Of a stretch of 64,000 bases of DNA, positions 19,984 through 30,844 are shown piece after piece. Source of the DNA: Dehalococcoidia bacterium. Lineage in GTDB: Bacteria > Chloroflexota > Dehalococcoidia > SM23-28-2 > RBG-16-64-32. Positions within the stretch are counted from its first letter, which is position 1; each line of letters begins with the position of its first letter. Made by a program: the position numbers and the translations under genes. The notes under the pieces were generated by a model. That model made no database searches. It had not been told where the DNA came from and saw only the letters and a program-made list of their open reading frames with translations. The DNA lies in contig CAXXTF010000002.1 in assembly GCA_963665775.2 (NCBI GenBank), positions 1,184,001 to 1,248,000 of the forward strand. The letters are read 5' to 3'.

Positions 19984-21465
19984 ATGACGACAACTGCCGT
20001 TCAGTATGAAACCGTTATAGGGCTAGAGGTCCACGCGCAGCTACTCACCCGGAGCAAGATGTTTTGCTCCTGTTCCCCCCCTTCCCCTGACTCTCCCCCC
20101 AACACTCACGTCTGCCCCGTATGCCTGGGCCTGCCCGGCGCCCTCCCCGTTATCAACCGGAGGGCTTTGGAGCTCACCATCATGACCGGTCTCGCCCTCA
20201 GCTGTGACATCCCGGAGCAGGCCAAGTTCGACCGCAAGAACTATCACTACCCGGACCTCATGAAGGGCTATCAGATCTCCGAGTACGACCTGCCCCTCTG
20301 CCGCGACGGCCGGCTGGAGATCGAAGTGGACGGGCAGGTGAAGCGCGTGGGCATCACCCGCGTCCACCTTGAGGAGGATACCGCCCGCCTACAGCATGCC
20401 ACGAACGCCGCCGGCGAGTCCTACAGCCTGGTGGACGTGAACCGCTCCGGCCTGCCGCTCATGGAGATCGTCTCGGAGCCGGACGTTCGCTCCGCTGAGG
20501 AGGCCCGCGCCTACCTCGTGAAGCTGCGCCAGACCCTCCGCTACATCGGCGCCAGCCGGGCCAACATGGAAGAGGGCAACATGCGCTGTGAGCCCAACGT
20601 TAGTGTCCGTCCCCTGGGTCAGGCTGAGTTCGGCGTCAAGGTGGAGCTGAAGAACATCAACAGCTTCCGCCATGTCTATGACGCCATCAAATACGAAGTA
20701 GAGCGACAGGTCCATCTCTTGAACTCCGGTGGTCGCGTCGCCCACGAGACTCGCGGCTGGCGGCCGGACAGGGGGCAGACCGTCTCCCAGCGCTCCAAGG
20801 AGCACGCCGACGACTACCGCTACTTCCCGGAGCCTGATCTGCCGCCCATCACAGTAAGCCGGGAGTGGGTGGCAGAGCTGCGCACCAACCTGCCCGAACT
20901 GCCGGACGCGAAACGAGCGCGCTTCCGTGAGGAGTACGGGCTCTCCGACTACGACGTCGCCATCCTCATCGAGGGTCGGGCCAGGGCGGAGTTCTTCGAG
21001 GCCACCGTGGCGCTAGTCCAGAGCGACCGGCGCCAACAACGGGCCAAGGCGGTCGCCAACTGGATGAACAGCGAGCTGGCCCAGCTCCTAAACGCCGACA
21101 ACATGGAGATACAGGACGCGCGCATCACACCTGAGGGCCTCTCAGAGCTCATAGACCTTCAGGAGAACGGCACCATCTCCGGCAAAACCGCCAAGGAGAT
21201 CCTCGAGGAGATGTTCCGGACCGGCCGCGCCGCCGCCGACATCGTGCGAGGGTCCGGTCTGACCCAGATCACGGCCACCGACGAGATCGCCGACGCCGTG
21301 AACCGCGTTCTCGATAACTTCCCCAAAGCCGTCGAGGACCAGCGCCGGGGCAAGGAGGAGGCGATCAAGTTCCTGGTAGGCCAGGTTATGCGCGAGACCA
21401 AGGGCCGGGCCAGGCCAGACATCGTGCACGAGCTCCTGCGGGAGAAATTACGTGCCAGGCCGTAA
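19984..21465 (+). CDS. gatB: Asp-tRNA(Asn)/Glu-tRNA(Gln) amidotransferase subunit B
   Basis: [35 protein letters not shown]. Confidence 0.97.
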   Translation: MTTTAVQYETVIGLEVHAQLLTRSKMFCSCSPPSPDSPPNTHVCPVCLGLPGALPVINRRALELTIMTGLALSCDIPEQAKFDRKNYHYPDLMKGYQISEYDLPLCRDGRLEIEVDGQVKRVGITRVHLEEDTARLQHATNAAGESYSLVDVNRSGLPLMEIVSEPDVRSAEEARAYLVKLRQTLRYIGASRANMEEGNMRCEPNVSVRPLGQAEFGVKVELKNINSFRHVYDAIKYEVERQVHLLNSGGRVAHETRGWRPDRGQTVSQRSKEHADDYRYFPEPDLPPITVSREWVAELRTNLPELPDAKRARFREEYGLSDYDVAILIEGRARAEFFEATVALVQSDRRQQRAKAVANWMNSELAQLLNADNMEIQDARITPEGLSELIDLQENGTISGKTAKEILEEMFRTGRAAADIVRGSGLTQITATDEIADAVNRVLDNFPKAVEDQRRGKEEAIKFLVGQVMRETKGRARPDIVHELLREKLRARP

Positions 21466-21500
21466 ACAAACCACCAGGGTAGACGTTGTCTTATAGTAGG

Positions 21501-22847
21501 ATGATGAACCGTATTACTCGCCTGGACTTCTTCAAGTGGTTCTACCCGGGCATGCACATCAAGCGATGGCTTGCCCTGATGGTCATAGGCGTCGCCATCA
21601 TGACCTTCGGCTTCGCCTACATCGTCCGCGAGGCCTACATCTCCGGCTTCACCCTGCCCGGCTTCATGTACTACGTCACGCTTCAGTTCATCCCCCGTTA
21701 CATCCGCGGCGGTCTGTTCATGGCCGGCGCCGGCGGCCTCATCATCTTCTCCATATGGAAGCTCAGCCAGTCCCTTCTCTCCGTCCTCGCCCCCCATCGG
21801 GACACCACCGAGAGCCTGGTCAACGTAATCTATAACCAGCGCTTTCTGCGCCGAGGACCCAAGATCGTCGCCATCGGCGGCGGCACCGGCCTCTCCAATC
21901 TCCTCCGCGGTCTCAAGGAGTACAGCGGCAACCTGACCGCCGTCGTCACGGTCGCCGATGACGGAGGCAGCTCCGGGGTGCTCCGCCGCGAGCTGGGTGT
22001 CCTCCCTCCGGGCGATGTCCGCAACTGCATCGCCGCCCTGGCCGATGCCGAGCCCCTGATGACGAAGCTCTTCCAGTACCGCTTCTCCGATGGCTCTGGC
22101 CTGGCCGGCCACTCCTTCGGCAACCTGTTCATCGTCGCCATGTCAGGCGTCACCGGCAATTTCGAGGACGCCATCCGCCAGACCAGCCGTGTCCTCGCCG
22201 TCCGGGGCCAGATCATACCCTCCACGTTGGCCAACGTTACCCTCTACGCCGATACGGAGAACGCCCGCACCATCGAGGGCGAGTCCAGCATCGGTACCGG
22301 CACGGACAACGGCCGCATCCGACAGGTCTACCTGCGCCCCGACCGCCCTCCAGCCCACCCCGACGCGGTGCGCGCCATCCTGGAGGCGGACATGATTGTT
22401 CTGGGACCGGGTAGCCTCTACACCAGCATTCTCCCCAACCTTCTGGTTGAAGGCATCCGCCGCTCCCTAATCGCCTCACCCGCAGTCAAGGTTTACGTCT
22501 GCAACGTCGCCACTCAGCCCAACGAGACCGACGACTTCAGCGTGGCCGACCACGTAGCTGCCATCGACCAGCACATCGGGAAGAACCTCATCCAGTACAT
22601 CGTCGCCAACGATAACCTCTCCCATGGCATTCCCCAGGCGGCTCACTCTCAACCCGTTACGGTAGACGCCGCCATCAACGGTGGGATACGATTGATGAAG
22701 GTCGACGTGGTCAGCGAGGAAAATCCCTATCACCACGACTCCAGAAAGCTGACGCAGGCCCTAATGCGTATCTACTACGAGCGTAGCCAGGCGAAGCCGG
22801 CGGCCCCGGACGGCGAGGACACGCTGGTCGCGGCCGCGGACGCATAA
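21501..22847 (+). CDS. yvcK: YvcK/CofD-like protein with N-terminal membrane segments
   Basis: IGGGTGL, TVADDGGSSG, PPGDVRNC, GHSFGNL, GPGSLYTSI. Confidence 0.92.
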   Translation: MMNRITRLDFFKWFYPGMHIKRWLALMVIGVAIMTFGFAYIVREAYISGFTLPGFMYYVTLQFIPRYIRGGLFMAGAGGLIIFSIWKLSQSLLSVLAPHRDTTESLVNVIYNQRFLRRGPKIVAIGGGTGLSNLLRGLKEYSGNLTAVVTVADDGGSSGVLRRELGVLPPGDVRNCIAALADAEPLMTKLFQYRFSDGSGLAGHSFGNLFIVAMSGVTGNFEDAIRQTSRVLAVRGQIIPSTLANVTLYADTENARTIEGESSIGTGTDNGRIRQVYLRPDRPPAHPDAVRAILEADMIVLGPGSLYTSILPNLLVEGIRRSLIASPAVKVYVCNVATQPNETDDFSVADHVAAIDQHIGKNLIQYIVANDNLSHGIPQAAHSQPVTVDAAINGGIRLMKVDVVSEENPYHHDSRKLTQALMRIYYERSQAKPAAPDGEDTLVAAADA

Positions 22848-22871
22848 TGGCTCGAACCGGGTGAAGATGGC

Positions 22872-23090
22872 ATGGAACTGGAAGACTACCTGTCCGTAGC
22901 CGGTGCTCTCATCTCGGTAGCGCTCATCGCGGTTATCCTCATTCAGGTCCGGGGGGAAGGCCTAGGCGGCCTCCAGAGCGGCTCTTTCGTGCGCACCAAA
23001 CGCGGCCTAGAGAAGACCCTCTTCCAGCTTACAATAGTCCTCGTCGTCCTCTTCTTGACGATCTCCGCTCTGGCCGTCGCCGCCCGTTAA
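22872..23090 (+). CDS. secG: Preprotein translocase subunit SecG
   Basis: Two TM segments, ILIQVRGEGLGG, TKRGLEKTL. Confidence 0.9.
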   Translation: MELEDYLSVAGALISVALIAVILIQVRGEGLGGLQSGSFVRTKRGLEKTLFQLTIVLVVLFLTISALAVAAR

Positions 23091-23114
23091 CCGGGGTTCT
23101 CTGTTAGCTCTTTA

Positions 23115-24797
23115 ATGACCTCGAGGAAACTTCGCCTGCCCAAGGGCAGGCGCGGCCCTGGTTGGCCCCTTCTGATCGTCCCCCTGGCCGGCATCCTCGC
23201 CCTGGGAGCGGCCTTCCTCACCCTGGCAAACCCCCTGACCGGGTCCGATGACGATGAGCCGAGCCGCTACATCGAGGCCATTGTGGGCGCCCCCACCCGG
23301 GTCAATCCCCTCTTCGCCCACCTTAACGACGTAGACCGGGACGTCGCCAGCCTGGTGTTCTCCGGTCTCACCCGTCTCGGCCCGGACGGCGAGATACTGC
23401 CGGACCTGGCCCAATCCTGGGCTGTGAGCCATGACGGCCGCACGGTCACGTTCTATCTTCGTCCGGATATCACCTGGCATGAAGGCCCTGCCGCCAGCCC
23501 CTTCACCTCGGCGGATGTGCTCTTCACGTACGGTCTGCTGGCCGACCCGAACCTCCAGGGCGACCCTGACCAGTTGGACCTCTGGCGTCAGGTAGGATGC
23601 GAGGCCCAGGACGAGCTCACCGTCCGCTGCGAGCTTCCACAGCCCTTCGCCCCCTTCCTCTCCTTTACCACCGTGGGCATCCTGCCCCAACACATCCTCG
23701 GGGAAGTCGATGCCACTTCCCTTTTCGATCAGCCCTTCAACCAGGCGCCCGTGGGTACGGGCCCCTTCCAGCTATTCGAGATGGACCAGACACGCGCCCT
23801 CCTCACTGCTAACGCGACCTACCACCTGGGCCGGCCCCAGCTGGACGAGATCGAGCTCCGCTTCTACACGGACACCTCTACGGCCGCCGCCGCCCTAGCC
23901 GACGGTGACGTGCACGCCCTCTTCCTTGATCCCAGCGATCCCAGCACCGACCAAACCGACTTCGATACCCTGGCCGCCAGCGCCGACATCCAGGCGTATG
24001 CAGCCAACCGCACGGCACACACCGTGCTCTACCTGAACAACGCGAAGTCACCCTTCGATAATCCTCTCGTTCGTAACGCCATCGCCCGCGCCATCGACGT
24101 CGACGCCATCGTGGGCAGGCTCCCTCACGGAAGTTCAGTGCCCGCTTACTCCCCCATTGTTCCCGGCACCTGGGCGTTCAACCCCGACATCGAACCCTAT
24201 CCCTACGACACGATAGCGGCCGGCGCTCTGCTGGACGAGGCCGGCTGGCTCCTCCCGGAAGACGGTGCCGTACGTGAACGAGACGGCGTCAAGCTGCGCA
24301 TCTCTCTCGTAACTGATCGGGAATCTTTGGCTCAGGAGATCGCCAGCCAGATGGCGGTGGTAGGCATCGCCGCCACCGTCGTCATTCAGGACACGGCCGA
24401 CCTCGTACGCGACTCCCTCATCCCGCGCCGCTACCAGGCTGCCATCTTCGGTTGGGACCAGGGCCCCGACCCAGACCCCTACCCGGCCTGGCACAGCTCG
24501 CAGACCGGACGCGACGGCCGCAACCTCGCCGCTTACGTGAGTGCGAGGGCGGACAAGCTCCTGGAGGTGGCCCGCCTCACCTCAGACATCGAGCGGCGCC
24601 GGGAGCTCTACTACGCCTTCCAGGAGATCTTTCACACCGATGTCCCCAGCCTGCCCCTCTACTACACGGCCGACACCTACTTCGTGAGCGACCAGGTAAA
24701 GGATCTGAAGCTGGGCACACTGTTCTACTCCAGCTCCCGCTTCAACAACATCCATGAGTGGAGCTTAGATAAGGCCGGAGATTCCGGTGGCCGGTGA
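23115..24797 (+). CDS. Peptide/nickel ABC transporter substrate-binding protein (family 5)
   Basis: PDLAQSW, TFYLRPDITWH, PVGTGPF, PDPYPAWHSSQ. Confidence 0.9.
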   Translation: MTSRKLRLPKGRRGPGWPLLIVPLAGILALGAAFLTLANPLTGSDDDEPSRYIEAIVGAPTRVNPLFAHLNDVDRDVASLVFSGLTRLGPDGEILPDLAQSWAVSHDGRTVTFYLRPDITWHEGPAASPFTSADVLFTYGLLADPNLQGDPDQLDLWRQVGCEAQDELTVRCELPQPFAPFLSFTTVGILPQHILGEVDATSLFDQPFNQAPVGTGPFQLFEMDQTRALLTANATYHLGRPQLDEIELRFYTDTSTAAAALADGDVHALFLDPSDPSTDQTDFDTLAASADIQAYAANRTAHTVLYLNNAKSPFDNPLVRNAIARAIDVDAIVGRLPHGSSVPAYSPIVPGTWAFNPDIEPYPYDTIAAGALLDEAGWLLPEDGAVRERDGVKLRISLVTDRESLAQEIASQMAVVGIAATVVIQDTADLVRDSLIPRRYQAAIFGWDQGPDPDPYPAWHSSQTGRDGRNLAAYVSARADKLLEVARLTSDIERRRELYYAFQEIFHTDVPSLPLYYTADTYFVSDQVKDLKLGTLFYSSSRFNNIHEWSLDKAGDSGGR

Positions 24798-24804
24798 GCG
24801 GCAT

Positions 24805-25626
24805 ATGGCAGCCTCCTTAATCACGCTCACCACAGACTTCGGCCCCTCTGACCCTTACGTGGCGTCTCTCAAAGGCGCAATCCTCTCCATCAATCCGGGC
24901 GTCACCATCGTGGACGTCAGCCATGCGGTCGGCCCCCATCGGATCGAACAGGGGGCCTTCCTCCTGGGCCTGGCCTGGCCCCATTTTCCGGCGGACGCCA
25001 TCCACGTCGTAGTGGTCGACCCGGAAGTAGGCACCGATCGGCGCGCTATCGCCCTCGCGACCCCAGCGGCCACCTTTGTCGGGCCCGATAACGGGGTCCT
25101 CTCAGCCGCTCTCCCTGACGACGCCCGCGAGGGCGTTCCCGAAATGGGGCATCCCGTATCTCTGCCCGCCGGAACAGTAGCCCACCTTCTGACCAACGAG
25201 GCGCTCCACCGAGGGCCCGTCAGCGCCACCTTTCACGGCCGCGACATCTTCGCGCCCGTGGCCGCCCACCTTTCCCGGGGTGTCCGCCTGACCGAGCTCG
25301 GTCCCGCCGTCTCCAAGATCATTGCCCTCCCGCCCTTTCGGGCCCGCCTCCAGCCCGACGGCTCCCTGGTCGGGCGCGTCATGCACGTGGACCACTTCGG
25401 AAATCTCGTCACGAATGTGCGGGCGGAGCAGCTTCCGGCACCGCCGCTGTTAGTGGAGATTCGTGGGCGCAGGATTGAGGGCCTGAGCCTGACCTACGGA
25501 CGGGGCGATGGCCTCTTGGCCTTGATCGGCAGCAGCGGCTTGTTGGAGGTAGCGATCCGCCAGGGGAGTGCCGCCCGCGACCTGGAAGCCGGTATTGGGG
25601 AGCCCGTCGCCATACGAAGCGCCTAA
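24805..25626 (+). CDS. SAM hydroxide adenosyltransferase (DUF62)
   Basis: TTDFG, VVVVDPEVG..RR, GPDNG, TFHGRDIF, DHFGNL. Confidence 0.9.
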   Translation: MAASLITLTTDFGPSDPYVASLKGAILSINPGVTIVDVSHAVGPHRIEQGAFLLGLAWPHFPADAIHVVVVDPEVGTDRRAIALATPAATFVGPDNGVLSAALPDDAREGVPEMGHPVSLPAGTVAHLLTNEALHRGPVSATFHGRDIFAPVAAHLSRGVRLTELGPAVSKIIALPPFRARLQPDGSLVGRVMHVDHFGNLVTNVRAEQLPAPPLLVEIRGRRIEGLSLTYGRGDGLLALIGSSGLLEVAIRQGSAARDLEAGIGEPVAIRSA

Positions 25627-26225
25627 GGTATGACGACCACCGGCACCTGGAGCGCATCTACAGGTACACCATCCTCCGTCGTGTCCAGATAGACCCACAA
25701 GCAGAACGGCGTTGGCTCGGACACATCGGCGATGCTCACTTTAGCCGCGAAGGGGCTCGTGAACTCCGTATCGTCCAAACCCTCAGGCGGCACCTGATCG
25801 TCTCGCTCAAGGGGAAGCACCTCCAGGACATCCAACAACTCCCCTTCGGCGTCGACCACGGCCACCGCCACCCCCCTCTCCTGATAATCGCTGGACGATC
25901 CCCAGCCGCGGATGAGGATCGGCACGCCCACCTCTGCCTCCGGCTGCGGCTCCTCAAGCTGCAGCAGCTCCGGCGGCGCCGGATAGTCGTTGAACGTACA
26001 GGCTAGGCCCGACGTCGGCTCCGGGTTCGACACCGGCGGCGGGGTCGGAGCGGGTGAAGGCGCGGGCTTGGATGGTGTCGGCGTCGGTGTCGCTGTGGCT
26101 GCCGGCGTCCTCACTTCAATCACGACCCCCCCACCCCCCTCGTCGCCAAACCCCAGCCGCCCGCAGGCGCCGATGAGGAGCGCCAGCAAAACCAGTGAGG
26201 CCGCGGCTAACGCCGGCATACCCAC
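25623..26225 (-). CDS. Lipoprotein with Pro/Thr linker and Ig-like (possibly Gmad2-like) C-terminal domain
   Basis: LLIGAC lipobox, PT-rich linker, beta-rich C terminus. Confidence 0.6.
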   Translation of the reverse strand: MGMPALAAASLVLLALLIGACGRLGFGDEGGGGVVIEVRTPAATATPTPTPSKPAPSPAPTPPPVSNPEPTSGLACTFNDYPAPPELLQLEEPQPEAEVGVPILIRGWGSSSDYQERGVAVAVVDAEGELLDVLEVLPLERDDQVPPEGLDDTEFTSPFAAKVSIADVSEPTPFCLWVYLDTTEDGVPVDALQVPVVVIP

Positions 26226-26326
26226 CCTAACGCACGTGAGACGATATCCGGTCCATACAACAATCGTAACAACGCTTGTCCCTCGCTCGCGTTACTGTAC
26301 AGCATTGTGCTAGAATCGCGCCGTCC

Positions 26327-27304
26327 ATGAGCATCGTCTTCATGGGGAGCCCCTCGTTCGCAGTGCCCTCCCTGCGCCGCCTTGCTGCCGACGGCCATCG
26401 GATCAGCGCTGTCTACTCGCAGCCGGACCGGCCCGCGGGGCGGGGTCGCCATCCCAAACCACCCCCCGTCAAGCTCTCCGCCCAGGAGCTGGGCCTGCCC
26501 GTTCGCCAGCCGCCGACGCTGCGGGACGCCCAGGCGCTGGCGGCGCTGGCCTCCCTCGAGCCCCAGCTCATCGTGGTCGTGGCCTACGGTCAGATCCTCC
26601 GGCAAGAGCTCCTCGACATCCCACCGCGTGGCGTCCTCAACGTTCACCCCTCCCTCCTGCCCCGCCATCGCGGCGCCTCGCCCATCCCCTCTGCCATCCT
26701 GGCCGGCGACGAGGAGAGTGGCGTCACTATCATGCTCATGGACGCGGGCACGGACACCGGCCCCATACTAGCCCAACGCGTCATGGCGATCGAGCCCTCG
26801 GACACAGCCGCCTCCCTCGACGACAGGCTGGCCCACGTTGGCGCCGACCTGATGGCGGAGACCCTTCCCCAATGGCTCAAGGGGGAGATAGAGCCGAGGC
26901 CACAGGATGACTCACAGGCTACCAAGACCCCCCTCCTCCACAAGGAGGACGCCGACATCGACTGGAGCCTGCCGGCGACGACCATCTGGCGGCAGGTCCG
27001 GGCCTTCAACCCTTGGCCGGGCTCCCACACCGCCCTGGACAACGAGATGCTGCACATCTGGCAGGCCTGGCCCCTGGAGGGCGATAGCGGCCGACCAGCC
27101 GGCAGCATAGTGCCTCTTACACCGGAGCAACGCCGTGACCTCCCTCCTGGCACCGATCCCGAGACCTTCGCCGTGCAGACCGGCAGCGGGCTCCTGGCCA
27201 TCCTCCTGGTGCAGCGGGCCGGCCGGCGCGCCCTCCCCCCGGGCGACTTCCTGCGCGGAGTCCGCGATGCCATCGGCCGTCGCCTCGTCTCCGGGAATAG
27301 ATAA
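26327..27304 (+). CDS. fmt: Methionyl-tRNA formyltransferase
   Basis: IVFMGSPSFA, QPDRPAGRG, VAYGQIL, NVHPSLLPRHRGASP. Confidence 0.96.
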   Translation: MSIVFMGSPSFAVPSLRRLAADGHRISAVYSQPDRPAGRGRHPKPPPVKLSAQELGLPVRQPPTLRDAQALAALASLEPQLIVVVAYGQILRQELLDIPPRGVLNVHPSLLPRHRGASPIPSAILAGDEESGVTIMLMDAGTDTGPILAQRVMAIEPSDTAASLDDRLAHVGADLMAETLPQWLKGEIEPRPQDDSQATKTPLLHKEDADIDWSLPATTIWRQVRAFNPWPGSHTALDNEMLHIWQAWPLEGDSGRPAGSIVPLTPEQRRDLPPGTDPETFAVQTGSGLLAILLVQRAGRRALPPGDFLRGVRDAIGRRLVSGNR

Positions 27305-27347
27305 GGGGAGGGCAATGCCCTCCCCTTGAGCGCCGCTTGGCGACGCC

Positions 27348-28001
27348 TCAGTTTTCGCTCGCCTCGGTCTCCGGCGCAGCTTCGCCCGCACCCTCGACGG
27401 CCTCTGCCTCAACCTCTTCCTCGTCGACGCGTTCCACGACGGGCGGCGCTACCTTCGCCACCACCAACTCCGGGTCCGTCAAGACGGTCAGCTCGGACGG
27501 TATCGAAAGGTCACCGACGTGCACGGACTGATCGATCTGCTCGAGGCCGGTGACATCGACCTCGATGTGCGAGGGGATTTCCGTGGGCAGGCCCTCCACG
27601 GTAATGTAACCCAGGCTGTGCAGCAGCGTGCCGCCGGACGTGTCGACGGCCGGCGCCACTCCCACCAGGTGCAACGGCACCTCCAGCCGTACCTTATCCT
27701 TCAGCGATATCTGGTAGAAGTCCACATGGAAGATCATGTCCGTCACGGGATTTCGCTGGACAGCGCGGACGAGGGTCGGCCGCGGCTCCTCTCCGCCCAG
27801 CCTCAGGTAGACGATGTCGTTGCGACCGGCGAAGCGAAGCAGGTGGTGCACCTCCTCCGTGGGTAGCTGGATCGGGGTGGGCTGCACGTGGTGGCCGTAG
27901 ATGTTGGCCGGCGTCAGCCCCTCCCGTCGCAGCCGCTTCACCTTCTTCCCCAGCACCTCGCGCGGCTCCACGCTCAGCTCAATTCTTGTTTCCTGAACCA
28001 T
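27348..28001 (-). CDS. rplY: 50S ribosomal protein L25/Ctc
   Basis: REVLGKKVKRLRREG, PANIYG, HVDF, acidic tail. Confidence 0.95.
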   Translation of the reverse strand: MVQETRIELSVEPREVLGKKVKRLRREGLTPANIYGHHVQPTPIQLPTEEVHHLLRFAGRNDIVYLRLGGEEPRPTLVRAVQRNPVTDMIFHVDFYQISLKDKVRLEVPLHLVGVAPAVDTSGGTLLHSLGYITVEGLPTEIPSHIEVDVTGLEQIDQSVHVGDLSIPSELTVLTDPELVVAKVAPPVVERVDEEEVEAEAVEGAGEAAPETEASEN

Positions 28002-28029
28002 CGAACGCTCCTAACTGGTGGCGTATCTC

Positions 28030-28058
28030 AGATTAGCGGACGCCCCCGCCAGCGTCAA
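28030..28058 (-). promoter_or_regulatory. Sigma70-type promoter of rplY
   Basis: Minus strand TTGACG-N17-TAATCT. Confidence 0.5.
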
Positions 28059-28298
28059 CGCCGAGCGCCGCACCAGCCTGCGAACCGGATATCTTCATGG
28101 CAGCGTGGCAACCGCCCCCTCTACCACACCTCGCTGCCGTGCGTCGGTGCTGTAAGTCACGACAGAGCGTTCTGGAGCGTGCGGCGGTGGCCCAGAATGT
28201 AGCGTCTCCTAGCCCTGGTTCGTACGGGACGAGTTCCGCCAAGCGCTACCAGGTACCCCACAGCCGGCCGGACGCTAGGGTCGTCGGCGTTCCTGTTG

Positions 28299-28892
28299 CT
28301 AGTATTGCGCTTGGACCGACGCTGCGATTCTCAAGACCACTTCCTCTGTTAGCGGGCCTCCTGTCTGCGCTCTCAAATAATAGTTAGCCTTGTCTTTCCA
28401 AACGAGGAAGAGCACAGGGTACGGCGTGCGCTCTTTGGGCCCCGTCAACACCAGCTCCCCAATGATATCGTTCTTAATCACTACCGATTCGCTTTTGCCA
28501 CCAAGGCCTAGGTTGCCGTGCGGACGCTCTTCGATAGAGAACCTGATTGATGGGTCTTCCTCCCACTTCCAGGAACGCGCAACGTTCTTGGTCTTCTGCA
28601 AAGTGAAAGTCAATTCCGTGACTACGACATCTGGATTCTCGATGAAGCCCTCTGGTATGAAGGCAACATCAAACAATGCGCGGCCAGTGAGGTCGGCTAC
28701 CTCCTCGCGAGGCACATGGTAGATGATAGTGCCACCTTCGGCTGTGGGTTTGGGCACGACCGAGGCGGCGGGCTCTGGGGAGGGTGTTGGTGTGGCAGCT
28801 GGCTGGCTGGGTGCGGGCTGCGCGTTCCCTCCACCACAAGCGGCGGCCAGCAACAGCACGGACACCATAGCTACCGGTAGACCGGTCTTCAT
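28299..28892 (-). CDS. Hypothetical lipoprotein
   Basis: LLLAAAC-GGG lipobox, Pro-rich linker; more A/T-ending codons than neighbours. Confidence 0.7.
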   Translation of the reverse strand: MKTGLPVAMVSVLLLAAACGGGNAQPAPSQPAATPTPSPEPAASVVPKPTAEGGTIIYHVPREEVADLTGRALFDVAFIPEGFIENPDVVVTELTFTLQKTKNVARSWKWEEDPSIRFSIEERPHGNLGLGGKSESVVIKNDIIGELVLTGPKERTPYPVLFLVWKDKANYYLRAQTGGPLTEEVVLRIAASVQAQY

Positions 28893-28954
28893 CTCGCGTC
28901 GAACCCTCCGACGTCCCTATTATGGCGCATCTCGCTCCGTCGGTCAGCCTATCG

Positions 28955-29644
28955 CTACCTCGTCCCCAGGTAGAGCGGGGCCGTCGGGCAGCCGTCCTGC
29001 AGGGGACACTCCGGGCACAGAGGCCGCTGCGCCCGGCACAGCCGGCGCCCGTGCTCGATGAGCGACACATGGAACGGGAAGACCTCCTCAGGCTGCAACA
29101 TCGCCTCCAGCAGGTCGTGGGCCGGCGCCGCCCCCGCCTTCGCCGGCACCAGCCCCAGCCGCTGCGCCACCCGATGCACGTGGGTGTCCACGGGCAAGGC
29201 GGGCCGCCCCAGGGCGAACATCAGCACGCAGGCCGCCGTCTTGGGACCGACCCCTGCCAGCGAGCGCAGCCACTGCTTCGCCTCCGCCAGCGGCATCTCC
29301 CCCAAGAACGACAGGTCGAAAGATCCGCAACGCCGCCACACCTCTTCCAGGATCGCCTTTATCCGCGGCGCCTTCACCCGCGCCAGCCCACCCACCTGGA
29401 TCTCCGCCTCGATCTGGCCCGGGTCGGCCGCCATCAGCTCCTCCCAGATCGGGTAGCGAGTCCTGAGCCGCGTGAAGGCGCGCCCAGAGTTAGTGTCGGA
29501 CGTGTTCTGGGAGAGGATGGTGAACACCAGCTCCGTCATCGCATCACCGCGGGACCGCCACACCGGCTCTCCGTACAGCGCCGACAGCCGCCTCACTATC
29601 TCCCTAGGCGATAGATGCTTGATATCCCTCCGGGTTCCGGTCAC
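28955..29644 (-). CDS. nth: Endonuclease III (HhH-GPD, 4Fe-4S)
   Basis: [25 protein letters not shown]-x6-C-x2-C-x5-C. Confidence 0.92.
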   Translation of the reverse strand: MTGTRRDIKHLSPREIVRRLSALYGEPVWRSRGDAMTELVFTILSQNTSDTNSGRAFTRLRTRYPIWEELMAADPGQIEAEIQVGGLARVKAPRIKAILEEVWRRCGSFDLSFLGEMPLAEAKQWLRSLAGVGPKTAACVLMFALGRPALPVDTHVHRVAQRLGLVPAKAGAAPAHDLLEAMLQPEEVFPFHVSLIEHGRRLCRAQRPLCPECPLQDGCPTAPLYLGTR

Positions 29645-30741
29645 TCCTCTTCCGCCTCAGGGTTCGCGAAGTAGTCCCACACGGCGCCGGAAACCGCCAC
29701 GACCGGCTCCCGGGTCCAGGGTTGGTCGGACATGACAACGATGACGTAAGGTCCCGCCGGGCCCCACACGATGGCCACGCTGTGGGTGGCGTTCGTCCAG
29801 TTGCCCGTCTTATGAGCCACAGCGGTGCCTACCGGCAGGGCCATTGGAATCCCCTGGCGAATCCGCTCCTGCAACAGCACCGAAAGCATGTCGTGCCGCG
29901 ACGCCTCGGACACGCCCTCACCGGCAGCGATCGCCTCCAGGAGTACCGCTATGTCTCGGGCGACGGCCGGCAGCCCGCTAACGTTGAAAGACGTCTGCTC
30001 GATCCCCAGGGAGCGGAGGGTGACGTCCACCCGTGCGGTTCCCACCACATCCTGCACCAGAATTGCCGTGGGCGTGTCGCTCACAACGATCATCGCCGTG
30101 ATGGCATCGAGCAGGGTGAGGGTGTCGCCCGCCTGCAGGTCCAGCAGCTCCAGCGTCCCAAAATCGTGGTTCGCATGCTCTGCGGTCAGGGTCAATATCT
30201 GTGCCAGGTCCACCTCCCCAGCGTCCCGCTGCCGATAGACCTCCAGGAGAAGCCCCAGCTTGAACAGGCTCGCCGCGTAATAGACCTGCTGCTCGTTCAG
30301 GGCAGCGTACCGACCGTCCGCCAGGTTGTGGACGACCACGGAGTAGCGGCCCGGATACTCGGCGAGGGTCGTTTCGATCAGCTCCTGCAACGCCGAATCG
30401 GGGACCGGCGCAGCGAACTCTTCCGGCAGCTCCGGAACCGGCACATTGGTCACGAGTCCGGTCAGAATGCGGAACTCGGGCGGCCGCAAGGTGGGCGAAG
30501 GGGACAGGGAGGCTGAGGGCGTCGGCGTGGGCGAGGACGTCGGTGTGGGCAAGGGAGTCGCCGTCGGCAGCGGCGTGGGCGGCGCGGTCGGCGCCACCGT
30601 CGGCGTTGGCGTCTCGGAAGGGATAGGCGACGGGCTTACAGTCGGTGTCGGGTCACTGGAACCTCGACAGCCTGACAGTACCAGCAGCAACGCCGCCAAA
30701 GTAAGGAGAACCGTGATCTGCCGGGTCATCATCGTAGTCAT
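29641..30741 (-). CDS. Serine hydrolase, class A beta-lactamase-like lipoprotein
   Basis: LSGC lipobox, PT linker, AASLFK (SxxK), SDT, HKTG. Confidence 0.85.
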   Translation of the reverse strand: MTTMMTRQITVLLTLAALLLVLSGCRGSSDPTPTVSPSPIPSETPTPTVAPTAPPTPLPTATPLPTPTSSPTPTPSASLSPSPTLRPPEFRILTGLVTNVPVPELPEEFAAPVPDSALQELIETTLAEYPGRYSVVVHNLADGRYAALNEQQVYYAASLFKLGLLLEVYRQRDAGEVDLAQILTLTAEHANHDFGTLELLDLQAGDTLTLLDAITAMIVVSDTPTAILVQDVVGTARVDVTLRSLGIEQTSFNVSGLPAVARDIAVLLEAIAAGEGVSEASRHDMLSVLLQERIRQGIPMALPVGTAVAHKTGNWTNATHSVAIVWGPAGPYVIVVMSDQPWTREPVVAVSGAVWDYFANPEAEEE

Positions 30742-30844
30742 CTAGGCGCCAATAGCCTCTTTAGGCTTCGATCGGTCCGCGGTTGTGGCGCCAATGCTCT
30801 GCCCATTATACTGGAACCGCTACAACCCGCTCGAAAGGAGTACT

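Noticed and set aside
24805-25626. Fluorinase/chlorinase
   Set aside because: It carries the Asp-Arg-His pattern (VDP..RR, TFHGRD) of DUF62 hydroxide adenosyltransferases and has no biosynthetic context.
28060-28298. Possible ncRNA between rplY and the lipoprotein gene (GGCAGCG..CGCTGCC stem)
   Set aside because: No tRNA, tmRNA, SRP or riboswitch hallmarks recognised.
29641-30741. Antibiotic-resistance beta-lactamase
   Set aside because: SDT instead of SDN, a lipoprotein with PT linker, and a housekeeping context fit a PBP-like serine hydrolase better.
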